From the human T2T-CHM13v2.0 reference genome, Homo sapiens: a stretch of DNA of 64,000 nucleotides. The notes under the pieces were generated by a model. The model made no database searches. It saw only the letters and a list, made by a program, of their open reading frames with translations, and was not told the origin of the DNA. The stretch is from assembly GCF_009914755.1 (NCBI RefSeq), contig NC_060947.1. One strand, written 5' to 3'. A program made the position numbers and the translations under genes. Shown here one piece after another: positions 35,145-52,431 of the stretch. Each line of letters opens with the position of its first letter. Positions within the stretch are counted from its first letter, which is position 1.

Positions 35145-37390
35145 GCTTTTCTGTGTTTTCTAATTTTAAAAAATGATTATGAATTACTTTTGTAATTCGT
35201 ACAAAAACCTTTAAGTTTTATTTGAGTTAAAAATAGTATAATAGCCTTTTTAGCTGGCAATCTACATGTAATACAGCTAGTTTTCCTTTATCAGTCATAT
35301 TAATAGTAGATTAATATTTTCTCAAATATTTGTTCAAAGTTTTATTAAAGCATTACATGTTCAATCACATTATTTCACCCAATCCTGGAAACAGGCAATC
35401 CCACTCAAATAAGCCTTCATTATATCATGGTGCAGAGAGTTTTCGTCATCAGCCTAATATGTTAAGGACTTTCTGTAGACAAATATATTTCTTAGGATAT
35501 GTATCATTTTCTTTGTTTAAAGGACAAGTATTTTTATTTTTTATTTGTTTTACTATTTTTTCTGTTCAACAAGGCTGACTAGGGACATCTGATGCCAGTT
35601 CACAGAAAGAGTAACAAAGATACCAGTGAACAGACAACATCTGAACAGAAAATTGAGGAAAGAGAGTAAAGACCGTTTGGATTGCCCATGGAAAGAAGCT
35701 GGAACGCAGAAACAAAAATCAGCAAGAGTCTGAAAGAAATCAACTCTAAGGAACTCAGAGCCCTATGGAAAGAATAGGTAGGAGTGCTTCTCTGCTCCTT
35801 TCACCCTTCAGACAATCTGCCAACCACTAAACTGTTGGAGAACCCCTCTTTTCTTGATGACCCAGGGCAACATTATTGGTTACAATCTGAGAACTTCCAG
35901 GGGACAGAGAACCAGGTGACCAGCTTGTGCAGGTGTGCCTTTTCTCCCTTCAGACCTGAACTGAAACAGCAGGAACTATATTGATTGTGCACCCATGGTG
36001 ACACTCAGCTCTCCCTGGGGATTCTCTGTCCTTGAGCCACCACAACATCATATCCCCTGTAAACATACCCCACTACCTGCTCTGACTTTGGCAAGAACAG
36101 GGGACTGGTGGGTCCCCTGGGAACTGTGGGACTTGTGGAGATCTAACCCTCAGTGTGGGGTGCCATTAAGGGAGGGAGGAGTACAGTCTACCAAAACATC
36201 CCTTGGGACAAAGGAAATGTAGGAATGCAACCAATTACCTAAGGAGGCAGTACTGACACCCAGGAACAGACATGAAGAGGGGATCATCTACTCATCCTTC
36301 CCATACACCGTTACAGATACAGCAGTGGTTCCTCCCAGAAAGCACTCACTGAGTCTTTTTTTATGCTTTCTATGGTGGCTCCACTACCACTGAAAGTGAG
36401 CCTATGCCAGCTTGGGTTTCCATAAAGGATCAGGTACAACTACCCCTCCTTACACAAAGTGGCATGACCTTGGCAACAGAGGACAGACCACGAAGTTTCC
36501 TGCTCTGTATTGGGAGGAAAGGCTCTGCTCCAAGCCCTATATTGGTGGTAACCATCAGAGAGACATATCTGTGGCCCACAGCCACACTGAAGCCAGGAAC
36601 CAAACGATAAAGTATAGCCTTTATAAACTGAAGTTCACGATCCCCACAACAGGGGCAACATGATTTCTTCCCACCAAACCCATAGGGGAAGACGAATTCA
36701 CTCTGCACCAGCCTGCCTGCCAGCTCTTGCTCTTAAGTGCAATTTACTGAAATGCAGCCACCAAATAAAAAACTGGCTACCAAAAGGGGTTAGTGCTAGT
36801 CCACAAGATAAACTTCCTGAGACCTCCATACCCAAAGCCCTGCAGGAAATAGTGTGTCAGCTTTTGTATCCAATAGACTGCTACGACAAGTAGCATCTGA
36901 GAAAGCCACTACAAAGAAGCTATCCATAAACAAGGGACGAATGCAGAGCCTTGATCCCCTCAAAGCACCCAGAAAGGAAGCCAAACAACCATGACACAGC
37001 ACACATCACAGTCATACCCTCGAGGGAAAAAAAATTAAAGCCTCACCCAAACAATAGTAAATGCATAAATGAGAAGTGACAGCTCCTTCAGATGAGAAGG
37101 AATCAACACAAGAACTCTGACCCAATGACCACAGAATATACATTCTTATCTGCACAAAGAACATTTTCTAAAATTGACCACATGCTCAGTCATAAAATAA
37201 GTCTCATTAAATTAAAAAAAAATTGAAATAATACCAAGCATCTTCTCAGACTACTATGGAGCAAAACTAGAAATTAATACCAAGAGTAACGCTTAAGACC
37301 ACACAAATACATGGCAACCAAACAACTTGCTCTTGAATAACTTTTGAGTAAACAAATAAATTAAGGCAAAGATAAAAAATTATTTGAAAC

Positions 37391-37767
37391 TGATATGGTT
37401 TGGCTCTTTGTCCCCACCCAAATCTTATCCCGAATTGTAATCCTCATAATCCCCATGCGTCGAAGGAGGAATTTCGTGGGAGGTGATTAGATCATGGAAG
37501 CAGTTTTCCCCATGCTGTTCTCACAATATTTAATGAGTTCTCACAAGATCTGATGGTTTTATAAGGCAGTTTTCTCTGCTCTCTCTTGCATTATTTCTCT
37601 GTTCTGCTTCCTTGTGAAGAAAGTGCCTGCTTCCCCTTCTGCCATGGTTGTAAGTTTCCTGAGGCCTCCCCAGCCATGCAGAACTGTGAATCCATTATGT
37701 CTCTTCCCTTTATGAATTACCCAGTCCTGGGTATTTCTTTATAGCAGTGTGAGAATGGACTGATACA
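37391..37767 (+). mobile_element. THE1D/MSTA solo LTR
   Basis: tgatatggtttggc...ggactgataca; perfect 5-bp TSD GAAAC. Confidence 0.92.
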
Positions 37768-40700
37768 GAAACAAACGAAAATAGAGATGCAACACAAACA
37801 AACTTTGGGATATAGCAAAAGCATTGTTAAGGAAAGTTTTTAGCACTTAACGCCTACATCAAGGACATAGAAAGATCTCAAATTAACAACCTAACATTGC
37901 ACCTAAAGGAATTAGAAAATGAGAGCAAACTATACACAAACCTAGCAGAAGAAAAGAAATAGCAAAGATCGGAGCATAATTACACAAAATTGAGAACCAA
38001 AACACCATACAGAGAATAAATAAAATGGAAAATTGTTTTTTTGAAAGAATGTACAAGATCAATAAACCACTGGCTAGATTAATTAAGAAAAAAAAACAGA
38101 AGATCTAAATAAGCACAATCAGAAATGAGAAAGGTAACATTATGATTTATACCATCAAAATACAAAAGATCCTCAGAGATTGCTATGAACATCTCTAATC
38201 TAGTATGTGCACAAACTAGAAAACCTAGAGGAGATTGACACATTTCTTAAAAAACACAACCTTCCAAGATTGAGCCAGGAAGAAATTCAAATCCTGAACA
38301 GCCAAATGAGTTACAAAATTGAATCAGTAATGAAATTTCTACCAATAAACAAAAAGCCCTGGACCAGAATAATTGACAGCCAAATTGTACCAGCTATACA
38401 AAGAAGAGATGGTACTAGTCTTAATAACACTAGTCAAAAAATTGAGGAGGAGAAATTCCTTCTTAACTCACTCTGTGAAACTAGTATCATCCTGATGCCA
38501 TAACCTGGCAAGGGTACAACAACAAAAAAAGAAACCTACAGGCCAATATTCCTGATGAACACAGATGCAGTAATTCTCAACAAAATATGAGCAAACTGAA
38601 TCCATCAGCACATCAAGAATTTAATTCATCATGATCAAGTGGGCTTTATTCCTGGGAGGCAGGGATGGTTCAACATACTCAAATCAAGAAAAGTATTTCA
38701 TCATGTAAACATAATTTCAATAAATGAAAAAAAAATTCAATAAAATCCAACATTTCTTCATGATAAAAACCTTCAACAAACTAGGCATTGAAGAATCTTA
38801 CCTCAAAATGATAAGAGTCATTTTCAACAAACCCACAGCAAACATCATAGTGAATAGGCAAAAGTTGGAAGCATTTTCCCTAATAACTGAAAAAAAGAAA
38901 AGGATGTCTACACTTCCCACTCCTATTCAACATAGTACTGGAAATCCTAGCCCGAGGTATCTTGCAAGAGAAATAAAAGGTATCCAGACAGAAAAAGAGG
39001 AAGTCAAATTACCTCTGTTTGTCAGTGGCATGATTGTATACCTAGAAAACCCTACGGATTCCTCCATAAGACTCCTAGACCTGATAAGCAACTTCAGTAA
39101 AGTTTCAGGATACAATGTCAAGGTACAAAAATCAGTAGTATTTCTACACACGAACAATGTTGAAGCTGAGAACAAATCAAGAATGCAATCCCAATTACAT
39201 TTGGCAGAGAAAATGGAATACCTTGCAATACATTTACCTCATCTTGGAGAGATGAAATATCTCTACAAGGAGAAATAAAAAGGACTGATAAAAGAAATCA
39301 TGAGTGTCACAAAAAAATGGGAAAATATTCTATGTTCATTGATTTCAAGAATGCATAATTCTTAAAAATGGTCATATTTATACCTTTACATTATTGAAGA
39401 GAAAATAAAAATAATTTAAAAAATGATATTTCCCAAAGCAATCTACAGATTCAACAAAATTCCTCTTAAATACCAATGTCATTTTCACAGAATTACTTTT
39501 AAGAAGTCAATTATAAGGTTCATATGGAACCCAAGAAGAGACTGAATAGCCAAATCAATCCTAAACAAAATGAACAAAGCCTGAGACATCATATTACCCA
39601 TCTTCAAGCTATACTACAAGGCTATAGTAACCAAAGCCACATGCTACTGGTAGAAAAATACACACATAGTTCAGTAAAACAGAATAGAGAATGTAGAAAT
39701 AAATCCACATACCTACAACCAACTGAACTTTGACGAAGTCTACAAAAATAAATAATGGAAAAACTATCCTCTATTCAACAAATCTTGCTGGGGAAACTGG
39801 TTAGCCATTTCCAGAATAATGAGACTGGACCCCTATCTCTCACCATACACAAAAATTAACTAAACATTGAGTAAAGATGTAAATGTAAGACCAGAAACCA
39901 GAAAAGTCCTAAAAGAAAACCTAGGAAAATTTTTCTGGACATTGGTCTAGGCAAATAATTTATGAGTAAGACCTCAAAAGCAAATGTAACATAAACAAAG
40001 ACAAATAGGACATAATTAAACTAAAGTACTTCTGGACATAAAAAGAAGCAGTAAACAGATTAAACAGTCAACCTACAAAACGGAAATAAATATTTATGAA
40101 CTATGCACCTGACAAAGTACTAATATCCAGAATCTATAAGCAATTTAAATCAACAAGAAAAAAATAACCCCATTAAAAAGTGGACAAAGGACTTGAACAG
40201 ACAATTCTCAAAAGACATAAAAGTGGTCAACAAACATATAAAAATGTACAACATTTCTAACTGTCAGAGAAATACAACTCAAAACCACAATGAGATACCA
40301 TCTCACATCAGTCAGAATGGCTACTATAAAAATAGCAAAAAATGACATATGTTGATGAGGATGTGCAGAAAAGGGAATGCATATATACTGTTGGTCAGAA
40401 TTAGATTATTTTAGTAACTGTGGAAAGCAGTTTGGAGATTTCTAAAAGAACTTAAAACAGAACTACCATTTGACCCAGCAATCCCATTACTGGGTATATA
40501 TCCAATAGAAAATAAATTATTCTACCAAAAAGACACATACACTGACATGTTTACTGTTGCATAATTCACAATAGCATAGTTATGGAATCAACCTCTGTGC
40601 CTATTAACAGTGGATAAGATAAACAAACTAAGGTACATACACACCTTAGACTATTACACAGCCATAAAAAAAGAATACAATCATGTCTTTTGCAGAAACA

Positions 40701-40871
40701 TGGATGCAGCAAGAGGCCATTATCCTAAGTGAATCAAGACAGAAAAATAAAATCAAATACAGTGTGCTCTCATTTAAAAGTGGCAGGTAAACAAAGGGTA
40801 AATTATGGACATAAAGTTGGAAACAATAGACCCCGAGGATTACAGAAGGAGACAGGGAGGGAGGTGGGTAA

Positions 40872-44173
<3,302 letters not shown>

Positions 44174-46020
44174 GAAAAACTACCTATTGGATACTATGTT
44201 CACTATTTGGTTGATGGGCTCAATAGAAGCCCAAGCCCCAGAATAATGGAGTATACCCATTCAGTAAACCTGCAAAGCTAGCCCCTGAATCTAAAGTTAA
44301 CAAAAAAGGCTATTTATTTCTTTATTTTTGTTGGTGGTAGTGTATTGTTTTGTTTTTATCAAAATCATCATCTCTTGTGACTTGGAAAATAAACAAGCTT
44401 GTAGTAAGGCCATCATTGCACAACTGAGAATAAATATCTGGATCCTTAGAAATTTCTATGGACAGTACCTAAGATGGGGTGTCATAATCACTAAGTATAT
44501 AAGCAACATAGGTACTTATTCTCCTATTACACTGCTTCAGATCATTCTCTTTTCTGCATGATACAAATCTTTAGCAGGTCCATGTGCTTCATTTCATGGC
44601 ATTAATACTGGCTTCTACTATCTTAAAAGTTTTCATGTGTCAGCTTCACTGGCTTAGAATTTTGGCTTACAATTTTTGTCTTATATTGGGTAACTTACTC
44701 CCAGCCTATTTATCTTTCCATTCCTAACAAAGCAGCCCTAGTAATTCTCTCCAAAGCGTCACAGAATGAATAAAATAATGTACGCAGTACTTCCTTGCAA
44801 AAGATTAACTGCGTTCTCCATCTCCCATCTATTAATCCAAGGAAGAGGCCAAATAAATTAAAGAGAGTTGGTGCATAGAGGTTGGTGACATAATTAGAGA
44901 ACAGTTATTCAAAGGCAGCCATTACCAGTACTGTGCTGGTAAACCAGTTCTGTGGGGGCAGGGGGAAAGAGCCCTGAGTTGTAGCATTTGCCTATTTCTA
45001 TTTTGCAAATACATCCTCCATGACTGTATTAGTAAGGGTTCTCTAGAGGGACATAACTTTGTATATATATAAAGGCGAGTGTATTAAGTATTAACTCACA
45101 TAATCACAGGGCTCCACAATCGGCCGTCTGTAGGCTGAGGAGCAAGAAGAGCCAGTACAAGTTCCAAAACTGAAGAACTTGGAGTCCAATGTTCAAGGGC
45201 AGGAAGGATCCAGCACAGGAGAAAGATGTAGACTGGGAGTCTAGGCCAGTCTCTCTTTTTACACTGTCCTGTCTTCTTACAGTCTAGCCATGCTGGCAGC
45301 TGATTAAATTGTGCTCACTCAGATTAAGGGTGGGTCTGCCTTTCCCAGCTCAGGGACTCAAATGCTAATCTCCTATGGCAACATCCTCACAGACACACCC
45401 AGGATCAAAACTTCGTATCCTTCAATCCAATCAAGTTGACACTCAGTATTAACCATCACAAGTCCACCCCTTGTTAACTTGAATCCATACACATCTCCTG
45501 AGATTATACATAATCTTCAAATAAAGACAATAATGTCATAATTACACCTAACATAATACAACTATCCTTCCTACAACCAGAAACACACTAATCCCCAACC
45601 CAAATACTATTAGATAAAGTTAGCAATAATAAGTATTGTTACTGTTGCTGATGGGAAGTCAATAAAGCTTATGTCACATGCTAAGGGAGAAAGGAAATAA
45701 AATGAAGGTATTTTCTTAATACAAGTATATATATGTACAAACATGTTTTTAACAAAAGAATGAGGAAGTACTCATGACAATTACAGTCCTCATTTCTGCA
45801 GCTGGTCACGTGGTCATAGAGAGCATTGATGACTACCTTCTTCTACTACCCATTCTGTATTCTCTTTGCCTTCAGCAAGCACCTCAGCAGGTTTTTTTTT
45901 CTTTTTTTTTTCTGTTTTTCCTGGTGGACTAACACTAACCTTTATTCCTGAAGGGTCTGGGTCATTTGTATTCCTGCCTGAAATGGGATGTTGTAGTTTC
46001 CCATTGACCTTAATCACAGG

Positions 46021-46795
46021 TCATGGTAATACTAAGAGGCACGCTAAGGGATCTCCTGTATTCCATGCATACTCTTCCTTACCTCCATTGTGGAGTAGTA
46101 CACTGATTTCATCTTGATAGTCTGGGTTAATCACCCCAGCCAACACTGTAACTCCCTTCTTAGCCTGTTGATTTAAAGGTAGGAGGAGCCCAAAGTGGCC
46201 AAGTGGCACTCTGAATTTCCAGTTTAATGGAATTTTTGTTGTGTCTCCTGGTGGCAGCATTCCTCTCTCTGGAACTAAGACCTCTAGGCCAGCAGAACAA
46301 AATGTCACGGTAAAAGGAAGCAAAAATTTTGCTAGTGGATCACTAGGGAAGATGGTGAGTGGTGCCACTTCCACTTTCACCCCTTGATTTCTGGACCTGT
46401 GAATCCTAGCTGTGAAAGAAACAGTCTCATATATTGGACACTGATTCAGAGCATACATGGCCTTCTGGAGAACTTTGCCCCAGCCCTGCAAAATTTGCCA
46501 CCTAGTTGGCATTGTAATTGTGACTTCAAAAGGCTGTTCCAACAATCTATCAATCCAGCTGCTTCAGGATGATGGGGAACATGGTAAGACCAGTGAATTC
46601 TATGAGGATGAGACCACTGCCACACTTCTTTAGTCATAAAGTGAGTGCCTTTGTCAGAGGCAATGTTATGTGGAATAACGTGATGGTGGATAAGGTATTC
46701 TGATTCCATGGATGGTATTTTTGGCAGAAGTATTGAATGTAAGACAGGCAAACCCATATCTGGAGTGTCTATTCCAGTGAGGACAAACCTCTGCC
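46021..46795 (-). pseudogene. HERV-L integrase C-terminal part plus dUTPase remnant (frameshifted)
   Basis: IASDKGTHF...YHVPHHPEAAGLI (integrase core); GVINPDYQDEI (dUTPase motif 3-like), in the ERV-L order IN then dUTPase. Confidence 0.85.
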
Positions 46796-46809
46796 CTCAC
46801 AAACCTATT

Positions 46810-48102
46810 TCACAAGGCATTGGTCAAGGGTATATAATCTGGACCCTCCCAGCTGGGATGAGTAGGTCTAAAGTGACTAGTCCACTCCACCATCCCAATC
46901 TCCCTAAGCCTTTGGATCCCTTCCTCTACATTAAACCAAGGGAGATCAGGCATTTCCAGATTGCTCACAGTGGGCCATCTTTTAATCCATATTTTAGCTA
47001 ACCAAGCAAATAAACTATTAGAACATTTTTTAACTCCCCAAGCTGCAACATTAAATGCAGGGTCCCTATTTAGTGGGCCCAAAGCAATAAATTCAGCCTG
47101 ATCCAACTCTATGTTCCTTCCACCATTGTCGCACAACTTTAATATCCATTCCCATGTCTGTTCTCCAGGTTTCTGTTTATATAAATTAGAGAACTCAAAC
47201 AGTTCTTTTCGAGTGTAGTGCGCCTCCTCATGGGTCACACTCTCAACCTCACCTCTAGGGGTCCGCTGGGACTTTAGTCTAGTTATAGGTCCAGAAGCAA
47301 ACAGGGGTGTTGGGGGTGGCTCCTGAGGAGAATCAATATTATTTTGCCTGGCAACTGCCTCAGGGGAGGCCATCACTATTGCCTCAGGCAGCACAGGGTT
47401 TATCTCCTCAGATAAAGGTGGAAAGGCTGACGGCAGCACGGATTGGGGAGGGGATGTTGCCACTACTGGGGTGGGGAAGCTCTTTCTTCTGGCAAAAAAG
47501 GTTCATCAGAGTTTGCAAACTCAGTGTCCCCAGATTCATCAGGGTCCTCACACATGTCCTCATTCCAAGTTTCAGGGTGAAATTCTTTTCCAATCAATGC
47601 CCTCACGTTAACAGTAGACACCTGGCGAGGCAGTGCATGCACCTTTCTTTGCAGGTCAGCCACTAGCATGATAAGAGCTTGTGTCAGTTTTTCCATAATT
47701 TCAGCTATTCCTCTACAGGAGATAAGACTCTTACTCAGGGCAGTCTTAGCAGATTTGAGACTCAGTGCCTGTTTCTGAAGCTGGGAGATAGAATCCCTAA
47801 GTTCATCATTTTCTTTCATCACTTTGTCCACTGAACTTAGGAGCAACCAACCAGCTTCACTATGTTCCTTGATTCTCCACATATGGTCAAACGTATTATA
47901 TAGAGTCACTAAACTCCTTGCCTCTCATGAGTGATGAATCAGGAGTGTCAAATGCATTTATTTTGCATAACTTTCTAAACAGTTCACGCCAAGGACTATC
48001 AGTGTTCTTCATACTATTAGAAGTAGAGTCCTTAGCAATTTTGGGTCTAATCAAATTAAGCAGCCAACTCCAGAAACCCCAAAACCAATTAAAGAACTCC
48101 AT
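46810..48102 (-). pseudogene. HERV-L gag remnant (three disrupted frames)
   Basis: ORFs 47896-48102, 47463-47909 and 46810-47463 with ERV-L gag-like WEWILK...NGGRNIELDQAEFI. Confidence 0.85.
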
Positions 48103-49133
48103 ATTTAATATCCTCTTCCTCTAGAACCACTCCTGGTACCAAAATCTGTATTAGTCAGGGTTCTCTAGAGGGACAGAACTAATGGAATATATATATAAAT
48201 GGGAATTTATTAAGTGTTAACTCACAGTATCACAAGGTTCCACAATAGGTTGTCTGCAGGCTGAGGAACAAGGAGAGCCAGTCCGAGTTCCAAAACTGAA
48301 GACCTTGGAGTCTGACGTTTGAGGGCAGGAAGCATCCAGCACGGGAGAAAGATGGGAGGCTGGGAGGCTAGGCCAGTCTCTCTTTGTACATTTTTCTGCC
48401 TGCTTATATTCTAGCCACGATGGCAGCTGATTAGATTGTTCCCACCCAGATTAAGGGTGGGTCTGCCTTTCCCAGTCCACTGACTCAAATGTTAATCTCT
48501 TTTGGTAGCCACTCTTACAGAAACATTCAGGATCAAAACTTTGTATCCTTCAATCCAATCAAGTTGACACTCAGTATTAACCATTACAATGACTAATATC
48601 AAGGTACTAGTGTGACATTGCTTACATGTGGGAAGATGTGGTAAAAATTGGCTCTCCATATAAGCAGTCTTCATATTTCACTGTTACTTTGGGATAACCT
48701 ACTGAATTATAATATGTTTTACTTTGTTAATCATTTGTACTTCAGTAAAATCTATGCTAAGTATTTCTCTAACCATGATTAGGGTACTTGGACAAACAGC
48801 ACCTTGCCACAAAGTTTTCAAAATGTAGAAGTCTAGGTCCCATACCAGACTTAGAAATGTACCTTAACATTAATAATTTTAACATCTCTCCAGATTATTC
48901 TGATCTACACTAAAGTTTGCTATGCAGTGTCTCAAATGCTCAGTTCCATTTAGCTAACATGCAAATATGTACAATTGGAAACTGAAACAGCAAAAGCTGC
49001 TAATGTTCAGTCCTCCAAAAGAGTAGATTAATGGTTAATACCATAATCTCCAAAATATCTGTCCTCATCAAATTTAATAAAAATATTTATCTTCATTTTC
49101 TCCAGTTTAGAATGGAATTCAAAGAATACATTC

Positions 49134-49503
49134 TGTATTTTTTTGCTAGTACAGCCATAGCAAATTATCACAGACTGGGTGGCTTAAACTAGAGAAATTT
49201 ATTTTCTCACAGTTCTAGAGGCTAGAAATTCAAGGTCAAGATGTTAGAAGAGTTGGATTTTCTTGTGCCTCTCTTCTATGGTTGTACTTTTTTTTTTCCA
49301 CGTGGTCTGATATTGGTTGCATGTCTGTGTCCTAATCTCCTCTTATAAGGCCAGTAATATTGCAGTATACCCTACTCCAATGACCTCTTTTAACGTTAAT
49401 TGTCTTTTTAAAGGTGATATATTTAAATACAGTTACATTATGAGGCACTGGAGATCAGGACATCAACAAATGAATTTGATGAACATATAATACAACCCAT
49501 AAA
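49134..49503 (-). mobile_element. MLT1 (B/C-like) solo LTR
   Basis: cagactgggtggcttaaac...atttattttctcacagttctagaggctag...aacccataa. Confidence 0.75.
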
Positions 49504-49958
49504 AATTTGCAAATAAACTCTAAGTAAAAAAATATGTAGGAATTTATATAGAGCCATTATATGTGACACAGAGATTTAAGCCTTAGAATATTGAATCATC
49601 TTAGCTGAAATATATCTGGCATCAACACATGTTAGTATCTCTGTCACACTGAGCCATCAGCTTGCAGAATGTCTCTGGCATGAATCCAAACACACAGTAC
49701 TTTAAATTTCATGGAACAATTTATTCACTTAAAAAGATGAGGACTAATTTATAAACATCACTTAAATGGCTGAGGGCAAAATTGTACTTATTCTTCAGTT
49801 GATCAACATTTTGATTAATAATATTGGGGTTGTGGGGCAATCTGTTATTGAATAACAATCTGAAACCTGTTATGGTTTGTACAATGCTATTCATAATAGA
49901 TATAATTTGCACCCTCTAACATAAGAAATTTGCCAAAGAAGAGATGCTATTGATAGAC

Positions 49959-52172
49959 TGTATCAATGCATTTTCATACCGCTTTGAAGAAATACCTGAG
50001 ACTGGGTAATTTATAAAGAAAAAAGGGTTTAACAGACTCACAGTTCCACATGGCTGGGAGTGCCTCACAATCATGGCAGAAGGCAAAGGAGGAACAAAGG
50101 CACATCTTACATGGGAGCAGGCAAGAGAACATGTACAGGGGAATTGCCCTTCATAAAACCACCATATCTAGTGAGACTTATTCACTATCATGAGAAAAGT
50201 CACCCCATGATTCAATTACTTCCCACTAGGTTCCTCCCATGACATGTGAGTATTATGGGAGCTACAATTCAAGATGCGATTTGGGTGGGGACCAAGCAAA
50301 ACCATATCATTCTGCCTCTGGCCCCTCCCAAATCTCATGTCTTCACATTTCGTAACCAATCATGCCTTCACAACAGTCCCTCAAAATCTTAACTCATTTT
50401 GGCATTAAGTCAAAAGTCCACAGTCCAAAGTCTAATGGCAAATCTCTTCCACCTAGGAGCCTGTAAAATCAAAAGCCAGTTAGTTACTTCCTAGCTACAA
50501 TGGGGGTACAGGCTTTGGGTAAATACACCCAATCCAAGTGGAATAAATTGGCCAAAACAAAGGGGTTACAGACCCCATGCAAGTCCAAAATCCAGCAGGG
50601 CAGTCATTAAATCTTAAAGCTCCAACATAATCTCCTTTGACCCCAAGTATCACATCCAGGGCACGTTGATGCAAGAGGTGGGTTCCCATGGTATTTGGTA
50701 GCTCTACCTCTGTGGTTTTGCAGAGTTCATTCCCCCTTCCCGGCTGCTTTCCCAGGCTGGTGTTGAGTGACTGCAGCTTTGCCAGGCACACGGTACAAGC
50801 TGCCAGTGAATCTACCATTCTGGGGTCTGGAGGATGATGGCCCTCTTGTCATAGCTCCACTAGGCAGTGCCCCTGTTTGGAATCTGGGAGGGGGCTCCGA
50901 CCCCACGTTTACCTTCCCCACTGCCCTAGCAGAGGTTCTCCATGAGTACTATACCTCTGAAGCAAACTTCTGCCTGGACATCCAGGCATTTCCCTACATC
51001 TTCTGAAATCTAGGCAGAGGTTCCTAAACCTCAATTCTTGTCTTCTACACACTCACACGACCAACATCATGTGGAAGCTGCTGAGGCTTGAGGCTTACAG
51101 CCTCTGAAGCCACAGCCCAAGCTGTACCTTGGCCCCTTTTAGTTATGGCTGGTGTGGCTGGGATGCAGGACACCAAGTCCCTAGGCCCTAGGCTGCACAC
51201 AGCAGAGGGGCCCTGGATCCCATCCAGAAAACCCTTTTTACCTCCTAGGCCAGGCCTGTGATAGGAGGGGCTACTGCAAAAGTCTCTGACATACCCTGGA
51301 AACATTTTCTCTATTGTCTTGGAGACTAGCATTTGATTCCTTATTACTTATGCAAATTTATGCAGCCAGCTTGAGTATCTCCCCAGAAAATGGGTTTTTC
51401 TTTTCTACTGCATCATCAGGCTGCAAATTTACTCAAACTTTTATGCTCTGCTTCTTTTTGAACACTTTTCTGCTTAGAAATTTCTTCCACCAGATATTCT
51501 AAATTATGTCTCTCAAGTTCAAAGTTTCACAGATCTCTAGGACAGGTGCAAAATGTCACCAGTCTTTTTGCATAGCAAAAGTGACCTTGACTCCAGTTCC
51601 CAACAAGTTCCTCATCTCCATCCGAAACCACCTTAGCTTGGACTTCATTGTTCATATCACTGTCAGCATTTTGGTCAAAGCCATTCAACAAGCCTCTAGG
51701 AAGGTCCAAACTTTCCCACATTTTCCTATCTTCTTCTGAGCCCTCCAAACTATTCCAACCTCTGCCTGTTACTCAGTTCCAAAGTGGCTTCCAAGTTTTT
51801 GAGTATCTTAATAGCAGTACCTCACTCTACCAGTACCAATGTACTGTATTAATCTATTTTCATGCTGCGATGGAGAAATACCCAAGACTGAGTAATTTGT
51901 AAAGAAAAAAAGGTTTAATGGGCTCACAGTTGCACATGGCTGGGGAGCCTCACATTCATGGCAGGAGGTGAAGGAGGAGCAAAGGCACATCTTACATGGC
52001 AGCAGGCAAGAGAGCACGTGCAGTGGAACTGCTGTTTATGAAACCATCAGATCTTGTGAGACTTATTGACTGTCATGAGAACAGCATGAGAAAACCCACA
52101 TCCATTATTTAATTACCTTTCACCAATGACACATGGGGTTACAGGAGCTGTGTCCCCACCCAAACCATATCA
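49959..52172 (-). mobile_element. Full-length THE1C-like provirus (LTRs 49959-50309, 51845-52172)
   Basis: Two LTRs ending accatatca with THE1-int between; TSD not recognisable. Confidence 0.9.
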
Positions 52173-52321
52173 GCGATTTTGATTTTTTTCTCACATAGCC
52201 TTAAAATACATTGTTCAATTCTGGATGGATCTTCTATTACTAAGTCTCTTGCCTTACTGCATAGTATACAAAATTTGTGTGTCAAGCTTGTGATTTCAAA
52301 TAATCACCATGAGTGCTTTAC

Positions 52322-52431
52322 CATTCACTCATTTATTTCTTCATTCAACATCAAACAAATATTTGTTGGGCAGCTATTGTATATTTATGTGTGAAGAGCT
52401 GGAGAGTACAGATGTGAGTAAGTCATGGTCC
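52322..52431 (-). mobile_element. L2 3' end (resumes at about 55896)
   Basis: cattcactcattt...ttcattcaaca...aaatatttgttg. Confidence 0.6.

Larger units (their letters stand above)
45025..48588 (-). mobile_element. HERV-L provirus with MLT2A1 LTRs (45025-45460, 48147-48588), internally deleted
   Basis: Paired LTRs; PBS region gattttggtaccaggagtgg; PPT ggggtggact; perfect 5-bp TSD ATGAC (45020-45024, 48589-48593); internal part only ~2.7 kb. Confidence 0.93.
44927..48670. mobile_element. MER63-like hAT DNA transposon split by HERV-L (44927-45024 and 48589-48670)
   Basis: cagtactgtgctggtaaaccagttct...gccctgagttgtagcatttgcc; right part gggaagatg...ttggctctc. Confidence 0.65.

Noticed and set aside
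48770-48930. MER5-like fragment
   Set aside because: Too diverged to support.
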